Below, piece by piece: positions 34,747-44,639 of a DNA stretch of 64,000 bases. The stretch is taken from positions 5,334,001-5,398,000 of the forward strand of contig CM075998.1 in the NCBI GenBank assembly GCA_038087875.1, read 5' to 3'. Every line of letters begins with the position of its first letter. Positions within the stretch are counted from its first letter, which is position 1. The position numbers were made by a program, and so were the translations under genes. Origin of the DNA: Malacoraja senta (taxonomy: Eukaryota). The notes beneath the pieces are model-generated. The model worked only from the letters and a program-made list of their open reading frames with translations. It was not told the origin of the DNA and did not search any database.

Positions 34747-35330
34747 AGTGCTGGAGTAACTCAGTGGGTCAGGCAGCATCTGTGGAGAACATGGATAGGT
34801 GACGTTTCACAGAGTGCTGGAGTAACTCAGCGGGTCTGGCAGCATCTGTGGAGCGAAGGAAATGGGCAACCTTTCGGGCCGAAACCCTGAAGGAAATAGG
34901 CAACGTTTCGGGCCGAAACCCGGAAGGGTTTCGGGCCGAAACGTTGCCTATTTTCTTCGCTCCATAGATGCTGCCGGAACATGGATAGGTGACGTTTCAC
35001 AGAGTGCTGGAGTAACTCAGCGGCTCAGGCAGCATCTGTGGAGAACATGGATAGGTGACGTTTCACAGAGTGCTGGAGTAACTCAGCGGGTCAGACAGCA
35101 TCTGTGGAGAACATGGATAGGTGACGTTTCACAGAGTGCTGGAGTAACTCAGCGGGTCAGGCAGCATCTGTGGAGAACATGGATAGGTGACGTTTCACAG
35201 AGTGCTGGAGTAACTCAGCGGGTCAGGCAGCATCTGTGGAGAACATGGATAGGTGACGTTTCACAGAGTGCTGGAGTAACTCAGCGGGTCAGGCAGCATC
35301 TCTGGAGAACGTGGATAGGTGACGTCTCAG
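34747..35330. repeat. 66-bp tandem array with palindromic cassette at about 34851-34977
   Basis: Same unit and cassette as 20000-20428; ORF 34862-35413 is the 22-aa repeat WRTWIGDVSQSAGVTQRVRQHL. Confidence 0.95.
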
Positions 35331-35554
35331 GTTGGGACCCTTCTTCAGACGTTCTCCAGAGATGCGGCCTAAACAAGCTGAGTTACTCCAGCACTTTGTG
35401 TCCTTTTGAGTAAACCAGCATCTGCAGTTCCTTGTTTCTACTCAAGAAGAACTCCTCGTGAACGTTGGGCTTTTGGAGGGCTGTTGAAATGAGTCGAGGT
35501 ACAAAGAGAGCAGTGTGCTCTTTCTAGTCTGTCCGTGTCCAGGATAGCTAAGGT

Positions 35555-35842
35555 AGTTTAGAGATACAGCTTGGAAAAAGGTACTTCAGCCCACCAAGTC
35601 CGTGCCGACCAGCCATCACCTGCACACTCGTTCCATCCTACCCTCCAGGGGCAAATTAACAGCAGCCAATTAACCTACAAACCCGCACGTCTTTGGAGTG
35701 TGGGAGGAAACCGGAGCACCCGGAGAAAACCCACGGGGAGAACGTACAAACTCCGTACAGACAGCACCCGGTAGTCAGGATGGAACCCGGGTCTCTGGCG
35801 CTGTGAGGCAGCAACTCTACCGCTGCGTCACCGTGACCGCCC
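35555..35842 (-). mobile_element. HE1-like V-SINE
   Basis: Reverse-complement copy. Confidence 0.85.
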
Positions 35843-36578
35843 GTAATATGGACTCCTTGTTTTTCTCTTGTTTCCATATGTTATTTATGAAATCTTTCAA
35901 GAAGCCTGATTAACAAACCTTAAACCTTTGAGTTAGAGGAGTAATATAGAAGTCTCGATTCTTTGGACAGGGGTAAAATCAAACCTACCCAGCTGAAACA
36001 AAAGAAACCCCTTACGAATCCCTTTACCCCATAGATCATTCCTCTGATCCTTAACGTGGTTATTAAGCCCATAAAGACTTCATTTGTCCAGTTTTAAAAG
36101 GCTTGTAAATCGCAAGGCAACCTTTTCCCCCGTTCCAATTTGATATTTGAAAAAACATGCTCGATAGCTTCAAGTAATTAAACGTCTCATAACAGTCTTG
36201 CCTCAAAATAAAACAGGATATATCAACTGAAGGTCAATCCAAGTTAGGTCCAGTCCATCAAAAGGACTTTGTTGAAAAAGTGGCAGGGTAAGGATTTATA
36301 TTTGGGGGGTGGGGAGCTGCGTGGGGTGGTAACATGATCAGTTCATGTCTCGTGTAGAGAAGTTAGTGTGGTAAAGGAAAGGAATGTATACGCTGAATCC
36401 ACTCCGATAGTCTCTGACATTTTCAGAAAGATTCATATTTTTAATATTTGATTGGAATTTCCTAATTTCCAGTTTCTTTGAACCAAAACTGACACCGTAC
36501 CTGACCAAGGCAGTGAATAAATTATCATTTTAAAAAGCAGCCACTTTCCAACTCAAAAACCATTTGCCCGAGCAAACC

Positions 36579-36853
36579 GTTTAGTTTAGTTCAGAGATGC
36601 AGAGTGTAAACAGGCCCTTCGGCCCACCGAGTCCATGCCGACCAGCGATCACCCCGCACACTCGTTCTATCCTGCACACACCAGGGACAATTTACAGAAG
36701 CCAATTGACCTACAAACCGGCACGACTTCGAAATGCGGGAGGAAACCAGAGCACCCGGAGGTAAGCCACGTGGTCAGACAGCACCTGTAGTCAAGATCGA
36801 ACCCGGGCCTCTGGCGCTGTAAGGCAGCAACTCTACCGCTGAGCCACTGTGCC
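36579..36853 (-). mobile_element. HE1-like V-SINE
   Basis: Reverse-complement copy with an internal deletion. Confidence 0.85.
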
Positions 36854-37059
36854 AACCCTTCATTTGCAGATGAATAAAAACTCACAAGATGGAAGGCCCA
36901 TTGTCTAGCGAGTTTCTTTGTGCATGGTTGGTTCTTGGGGTCTAAGTCCAGCGGTCCTTGAAAGTGGCAACAGAAGTAGATAGAGTGGCAAAGAAGGCGC
37001 ATGGTATCGAAGTTGGACTTTGAGAATGTTGTAAAAACCGCCATTATAGTAAGCTTGGT

Positions 37060-38282
37060 CAGGGCATTGAGTATAAGAGGCAGCTGTATAGCACTTTGGT
37101 CAAGCTGCATTTGGAGTATTGCGTGCGGTTCTGGTCGCCCCCATTACAGGAAGGATGTGGGGGCTTTGGAGACGGTGCAGAGGAGGTTTACCAGAACGCT
37201 GCCTGGATTACAGGGTATTAATTACAAGGTGCAGTTGGGCAGACTGGGATTGTTCTCTCTGGAATGCCGGAGGTTGCGGAGAAACCTGATAAAAGTTTAT
37301 AAAATGATGAGAGTGGACAGTCAGAACCTTTTTCCCTGGATGGAAATATCGAATATTAGAGAGCGTAGCTTTAAGGTGAGAGGGGCAAAGTTAAAAGAGA
37401 TGTGCGGGGCAGGTTTTTTTTACACAGAGGGTAGTGGGTGCTTGGAACGCGATGCCAGGGGTAGTGGTAGAGGCAGATACGATAGTGGTGTTTAAGAGGC
37501 TTTTGCATAGGCACATGGATATGCAGGGAGTGGAGGGATATGGCTTATATGCAGGGAGATAAGAATTGGCATCATGTTTGGTGAAAACATTGTGGGTCAA
37601 AAGACCTGTGGGTCAAAATGCTGTACTGATCTATGTTCCATATCTAACACAATACACAAATCTAACACATTGAGTATAGAAGTTGGGAGGTCATGTTGCA
37701 GTTGTATAAGACGTTGGTGAGGCCGCATCTGGAATATTGCGTTCAGTTCTGGGCACCGAGTTGTAGGAAAGATGTTGGTAAGCTGGAGAAGGTACGGAGA
37801 AGATTTACGAGGATGTTGCCAGGACTAGAGGGTGTGAGCTACAGGGAGAGGTTGAGCAGGTTGGGTCTCTATTCCTTGGAGCGCAGGAGGATGAGGGATG
37901 ATCTTATAGAGGTGTATAAAATCATGAGAGGAATAGATCGGGTAGATGCACAGAGTCTCTTGCCCAGAGTAGGTGAATCGAGGACCAGAGGACATAGGTT
38001 TAAGGTGAAAGGAAAAAGATTTAATAGGAATCTGAGGGGTAACTTTTTCACACAGAGGGTGGTGGGCATTTGGAACGAGCTGCCAGAGGAGGTAGTTAAA
38101 GCGGGGACTATCCCAACATTTAATAAACAGTTAGACAAAGTACATGGATAGGACTGGGCTGGAAGGAAATGGATCAAATGCAGGCAGGTGGGACTAGTGT
38201 AGATGGGACATGTTGGCCGGTGTGGGCAAGCTGGGTCAAAAGGCCTGTTTCCATGCTGTATCACTCTTTGACTGTGACTCTA
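37060..38282 (+). mobile_element. Two tandem CR1-clade LINE 3' fragments (about 37060-37640 and 37668-38282)
   Basis: ORF 37693-38151 LYKTLVRPHLEYCVQFWAP..RRFTRMLPGL..RVVGIWNELP. Confidence 0.9.
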
Positions 38283-38454
38283 TACAGACTAACATAAGGA
38301 AGGGAAGTATTGTGCAAGAGATTTCTTTTCTTCAGCTCCTGTATCCATACATTACACATGTTGAGGGGGAAAAACACAGTTGAACTATGAAAATTAATCC
38401 ATCTTGCTCATTTTTCTTTGCTGCCAGTCACTAGAAGATCATGAATTGGAACAT

Positions 38455-39235
38455 CATACTGCACCTGTACAAGTTGTTGGTGAGACCACACTTGGAATAC
38501 TGTATAGGAAGGAACTGCAGATGCTGGTTTAAACCGAAGATAGACACAAAATGCTGGAGTAACTCAGCAGGACAGGCTGCATCTCTGGAGAGGAGGAATG
38601 GGTGATGTTTCAGGTCGGGACCTGAAGAAGGGTCTCGACCCAAAACATCACCCATTCCTTCTCACCAGAGATGCTGCCTGTCCCGCTGAGTTACTCCAGC
38701 ATTTTGTGTCTATCTTGGAGTACTGTGTGCAGTTCTGGTCATTCAGTTATAGGAAGGGTGTCATCAAGTTGGAAATGGTGCAGAAGGATGTTCGCTGGGC
38801 TTGCGGGCTTGAGTTAGGGTTGGATAGGCTGGGACTTTTTTCTTTGGAGTGTTGAAAGCTAATGGGGTGACCATATTGAGATGTACAAGATCGTGAGGGA
38901 CATGGATAAAGTGAACACTCGCAGTCTTTACCCCACAGTAGAGGATCCTAAAACTAGAGAGATTCTAAATCTGGAGGGCACAGGCTTCAGGTGAGAGGGG
39001 AAAGATTTAAGAGGGACCTCAGGGGCAACTTTTCCACTCAGAGAGTCGTCCATATCTGGAACGAGGGATCTGGAACGACAGAAGCAGATACAATTATGAA
39101 TTTTAATCAACATATTTACAGATCGATGAATAGGAAAGGTTGAGAAGGCTAAGGGCAAATAGGACTAGCATTGTATGCCAACTTTGTCAGCACAGGTAAG
39201 GTGGGCCGAAGGGCCTGTTTCAATGTGGTACCACT
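38455..39235 (+). mobile_element. Degenerate CR1 3' fragment with a Penelope fold-back insertion at 38504-38713
   Basis: VRPHLEY / LEYCVQFWS is split by the inverted-repeat insert, which is flanked by CTTGGAATACTGT and CTTGGAGTACTGT. Confidence 0.8.
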
Positions 39236-39476
39236 GAACTAAACTAAACTAAACATTTCATGTTTATGTACATTTTTGTTCGAAGACTGTGGGGGGCGTG
39301 GGTTTTCTCCGGGTGCACCGGTTTCCTCCCACACTCCAAAAACATGCAGCTTTGTAGTTTAATTGGCCCTCTGTAAATTGTCTCTGGTGTGCAGGATAGC
39401 GCTAGTGTGAATGGGTGATCGCAGGGCGGCACAGGCTCGATGGGCCGAAGAGCTTGTTGCACCGCTCTATCTCTAA

Positions 39477-39509
<33 letters not shown>

Positions 39510-40289
39510 TTTTTTTTTTAATTTTTATTTATTAGAAGTACATTACATTACAACCACATACATTAGTACTCGTCATTTATATCTTCTTACAATTAATGTA
39601 CTCCATTTATTTTTTACACTAGAAAAGGAAGAGATTGAAAGAAAGAAGAAAGTGAAGGAAAAAGTGAGAGTGTAGAAAATGTGACAACAAAAAAGGACGA
39701 AGACCCTATAAGAACAAAATTAAAAACAAAAGAAAAAGAGTTAAGAAATAGGCCCTAGAAAAGAAAGAGAAAGAGAAAGAGGAAAGAGAAACAAATATTT
39801 TTATGAGCATTACGCAAATGGGACATACCAACTCTTCAACTATCATCCCCCCTTACCTGACCTCAATTTTTTTTTAAGTACTTTTGCATCTAAATTAAAT
39901 TAAACAAAACTAAATCCCCGCGATAACTGCAAGATCTCTCACCACTAACACAAGGTGTTTCTATGAACAGCTTTGTGATTTATGTTTGTGTTCAAAATGG
40001 TTACAAATCTGCTTCAACATCTAAATCAAAGATGGAGTCTTCTATTTGCTAAAATAGCAGAAGCTTGTAGATCTTCCTGAATACTACGTGCCGCAATGAG
40101 TAACACTCCTGCCTCTGAGACTAAAGGTTATGGGTTGGGAGGCATAGCAGGTGGAGCCACTGCCTCACAGCGCCGGAGACCCGGGTTCGATCCTGACCAA
40201 GGCAGCTCCTCGTGTAGATGCTTGCGACGGTGGCGTCCATGATGGACCGGGCTGAGTCCACCACTCTCTGCAGCCTCTTGCGTCCCTGT

Positions 40290-40752
40290 GCAGCGAATTG
40301 CAGAGAGTTGTGGACGCAGCCCAGACCATCACACAAACCAACCTCCCTTCCATCGACTCCATCTACACCTCACGCTGCCTCGGCAAGGCCAGCAGCATCA
40401 TCAAGGACCAGTCTCACCCCGGTCACTCCCACTTCTCCCCTCTCCCATCGGGCAAGAGGTACAGAAGTGTGAAAACAAACGCACACCTCCAGATTCAGGG
40501 ACAGTTTCTTCCCAGCTGTTATCAGGCAACTGAACCGTCCTACCACAACCAGAGAGCAGGACTGAACTACTATCTATCACTTTGGTGACCCTCGGACTAT
40601 CCTTGATCGGACTTTACCTTGCACTAAACGTTATTCTATTATCATGAAAATCGATTGTAATCATGTATTGTCTTTCTGCTGACTGGTTAGCACGCAACAA
40701 AAGTTTTTCACTCAACTGTAACTCGGTACACGTGACAATAAACTAAACTGAA
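40290..40752 (+). mobile_element. Rex/Babar-like LINE 3' fragment
   Basis: ORF 40298-40588 QRVVDAAQTITQTNLPSIDSIYTSRCLGKASSIIKD. Confidence 0.78.
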
Positions 40753-40988
40753 ACGGTGCCTTGGTGGAGGAGAAGGAGAGAAGTGACCTTGAAGCTGGAG
40801 GAGAGAAGGATGAATCTGAGGGTCATTGGACACTGAAGCTAAAGGTGGCAAGGAGGACAGTGAGGTGAAGGGAGGAGTGGAAATGAATGGGATTACCAAG
40901 TACACTCCGACTGAAAAAGTGGAAGAAAACTCAGACAAAGAGACTAAAATCAGATCATGGACAATACCTCAGATTCTGAAATAATAGA

Positions 40989-41418
40989 GGGATTGTCACC
41001 TTGTCGTGGTGGAGAAGCTTGTGTGGACCTGAGATCCCAAGAGCGATGCCGTCTGGAGCTATGCTCCTGGTAGGGCCACCCATGGCGGTAAGGTCGAGGG
41101 GGAGGTCTCTGACAAAGAGCAATCCAACCAAGACCTCAACAGTGGAACAGGCGGAGGATGATGGCTGACCTTAGTGGAGCGTCACAACGGCTGGGAAGGC
41201 GGATGAAGGCTGCAGCAGAAAAGGGTCTCCGGTCGTCTTGGACTCCGTGCCACTGGATTCCGACCCAGATCTGTCAAGGACCGTGGGGTGGCTGTTTGTG
41301 CACCAATCTCCCCACGGTAAACAAAGTCATGCACAGGCGTCTTCCATATAGGGAATAACACCATGGAGACACCCATTTTCAGCCATGACCTCAGGGGGCC
41401 TAAGAGAGGGAAGAAGAT
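40989..41418 (+). mobile_element. RTE-derived short non-autonomous element
   Basis: 5' part CACCTTGTCGTGGTGGAG..CTGGTAGGGCCACCCA..CTGACAAAGAGCA matches the RTE (BovB/Expander-type) 5' UTR as I recall it; short GAAGAAG-type 3' end; no RT ORF. Confidence 0.65.
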
Positions 41419-41616
41419 TAGAATTTATTGCCTTCCGTCACAGTGAGGAATGTGGGGAATCCGCTGTGGTGGATGTTTATGTTAACTTTTATGTAGTTGT
41501 GTGTCTTGTTGTTTTTTTTAGTATGGCTGTATGGTAAATCGAGTTTCACTGTACCTTAATTGGTACATGTGACAATAAACTGACCTTGAACCTTGAAACC
41601 TTGAAATCTATTTATA

Positions 41617-42677
41617 CTAGACTAAGTGGGACCCGTTGGGTCCCAGGTTCACACGGGAGGGCTGGTCCCCCAACGCAATATTCCACCTCTCCACCAATTC
41701 CAATATTGGTGGCCAGTGGGGGGGGGGGGGGGGTTCTGGAGCACTAGCTTGGGTGATGTGGGTCAAGTCAAGTCAAGCACAGTGAGTGCAGGGCCAACAA
41801 TCCATTTCAATCCATTTCAGGTCAAGTCAATCCATTTCAGGTCAGGTCAAGTCAAGTCAAGTCAAGTCAAGCACAGGGCAGGCGGGGGCAGCCAACAATA
41901 CAATCCATTTGCTTTCATTTCAGGTGAGGGCAAGGAAGGCAAAGGCAAAGCAAAAGCAAAAGCACAGGGCAGGCCAATCAACTCCTTTCATTTCATTTCC
42001 ATTTCAATTTCAAGCACAGGGCAGGCCAAACAACTCGTTTCATTTCATTAAGGGCTAACAAATCATTTATTGCAAACACATTAAGAGTTAACAAATCATC
42101 ATTCATTGCAAGCACATTGCTGGCTAACAAATCATTTATTGCAAGGGCATTAAGGGTTAACAAATGATCATTCATTGCAAGTACATTACTGGCTAACAAA
42201 TCATTTATTGCAAGCACATTATGGGTTAACAAATCATCATTCATTGCAAGCACATTGCTGGCTAACAAATCATTTATTGCAAGCACATGAAGGGTTAACC
42301 ACATAAAGCACATAACCACATAAAGCACATAACCACATAAAGCACATAACCACATAAACCACATAAAATGTAGACTCACAGATCAGTAGACTCACAGTTC
42401 AGTAGACTCACAGCAGAATCAGAGTTGTGGCCTCTCCCTGGTGATCTTCCAGAGTGACTGTTTATCGGTGACTGAACATCCGGGGTTTTATAGTCCTGCC
42501 CCCCCCCCCCCCCGGAACGGGCGTTACCTTCATCATGGTGATTGACAGGCGAGAGGACCATTCAGCTGATCTCAAGATTTTTAAAACATTCATAACGATA
42601 TATGGTAGCGTTTTTTCCTAAAATCAATATACAGCGCAGACAGGAAGTGGTCAAGATGAGACTTTTAGTTTTCTAGA
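41617..42677 (-). mobile_element. Non-autonomous Helitron
   Basis: Minus strand starts TC (TCTAGAAAACTAAAAG) after A and ends with hairpin GGGACCCAACGGGTCCC (41628-41644) followed by ACTTAGTCTAG before T; no TSD; internal tandem repeats. Confidence 0.8.
42050..42366. repeat. Minisatellites inside the Helitron (alternating 30/33-bp units, then ACATAAAGC/ACATAACC units)
   Basis: Repeats of (G/T)TAACAAATCAT(CAT)TT(T/C)ATTGCAAGCACATT. Confidence 0.9.
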
Positions 42678-43594
42678 TTATGTTTCTCAAAAGTGTGCGC
42701 AACTCTTAATATCAGGATGAAGACACAAGGAGCTGCAGATGATGGAATCTTGAAAAAAACACAAAGTGCTGGAGGAACTCAATGGATCAGACAGCGTCTG
42801 TGGAGGGAAAAGAAGTCCCAAGAGGAAAAACGTCTTCACCCAGAGAGTTGTGAATCTGTGGAATTCTCCGCCACAGCAGATTTAGATTTTGCTCTCAGGG
42901 CTAACGGAATCAAGGGACATGGAGTGAAAGCAGGAACGGGGTACTGATTTTAGATGATCAGCCATGATCATATTGAATGGCTTGAAGGGCCGAATGGCCA
43001 ACTCCTGCACCCATTTTCTATGTTTCTATGTTTCCACCCACCACTCAAACGCAGGGAGGAACTGTGGACGGCTATTATCAAATATGTTCTGTCGAGTGCC
43101 ATCAAGGCACTAAAGAGGCTGGTGTCAGAAACATCTTCTTGGCCACGTTCCATTTGCTGACCTCCCTTTGTCTCTCAGTCAGTCTCTGGAGTGCAAAGAT
43201 TTACGCCATTTATGTCAATGCTGCAACGTAAAGCTACAAACTGCACTCCTAGCCAAAGGCATTCAAATGGGAAGTACAAAAGAGTCAGCACATTTCTCCC
43301 TGTCTGTCCTCAGAACTCTGCTTTCTTCAAATAGTTAGTTTCAGTTCAGTTTAGTTAAGAGATACAGTGCGGAAACAGGCCCTTCGGCCCACCATGTCCA
43401 CACCGACCAGCGATCGCTGCACATTAACACAAGCCCACACACACCAGGGACAATTCACACGTATACCGAGTATACAAACCCAAGCCAATTAACCTACTAA
43501 CCTGCACGATGGTCGTATGTGGCAAATTGTGGCTTTGATCAATGTTACAAGCTGCTGCATTTGTTGGTCACGGTTTGTAGAAGCATGCAAACGT

Positions 43595-44612
43595 GGAAGT
43601 GGCGGCGCTGTCGTACAGCAGCGGCTCGCCTGCAGTCCGTCTGTTTTTACTTTTTTTGTTGTTTTCTTTTGTCCTGTTTCAGTTAAATTTTAGTTTATTG
43701 GGTTGTGTATGTGTGGGGTGGGGGGGTGGGGGGGTGAAACATGACTTTTGTCTCTTCCTTCGGGGGAATGCGACTTTTTCTTGTCGTATCCCCCTTCTCT
43801 GCCTCCGTCTGCGCTGAGGCCAAAATGGCGGAGCTGCCGGCCTCCAACTCCAACTGCGAGCTGCCGGCCTCCAACTCCAACTGCGAGCGACCGACCGACC
43901 TCGAGGCTCCGGAGGCAGAGCCAGGACTTACCAGCGAGAGGCTGGCCAACTTCGGGGCTGCGGTGGCGTTCCGGCGGTGGCGGTGGCGTTCCGGCGGTGG
44001 CGGTGGCGTTCCGGCGGTGGCGACCGAGGACACTGGTGGCGACCTGAATCCGGAGGCTTGGCCCAGTGGACGACATCTTCGGGAGCGCGAGGCTGGCCGG
44101 CTTCGGAGCTGCGGTGGCGTTCCGGCGGTGGCGACCTGAATCCGGAGGCTCGGCCGCGGGCCCAGTGGACGACATCGTCGGGAGCGCGCAGGTCACAGGT
44201 GGGTGACCTGTTTTTCTGGGGCTCCCGCAACTACAGCTGCGTCCGCTGGACTGGAGGGCGGCAGCTTCGGCAGCTTCGACCACCCCGGGCCGCGGAGTTT
44301 GAGCCGGCCCGTCGCGGAGCACGGATTTGGCCGCTGGACTGGCTTACCGTCGCCCGGCGGGGTCACAACATCAGAAGCCTGGATCGCCTCAGCGCAGAGG
44401 GAGAAGAAAGCGGGAAGAGACAGAGACTTTAAGACTTTTGCCTCCATCACAGTGAGGAGGTACCTGGTGAACTCACTGTGGTGGATGTTAATTTGTGTTT
44501 ATTGTGTGTTTTGTCATTTATTATTATATGTATGACTGCAGGCAACGAAATTTCGTTCAGACCGAAAGGTCTGAATGACAAATAAAGGAATCTCTAATCT
44601 AATCTCTCTAAT
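43595..44612 (+). mobile_element. GC-rich non-autonomous retroposon with LINE-type 3' tail
   Basis: 3' end with stem-loop TTCAGACC-GAAA-GGTCTGAA, then TGACAAATAAA and (AATCT)n; related tail at 41428-41606 and related 5' part at 60970-61365; internal 21- and 27-bp repeats. Confidence 0.6.
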
Positions 44613-44639
44613 ATAAAACTGAACTTCAAGACGTCAGTC

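Noticed and set aside
41993..42379. 128-aa repetitive ORF (VLAINDLLASNVLAMND)
   Set aside because: Translation of the Helitron-internal minisatellite.
43690..44535. Overlapping 100-210-aa ORFs on both strands
   Set aside because: GC-rich tandem repeats lack stop codons in many frames; this is part of a retroposon.
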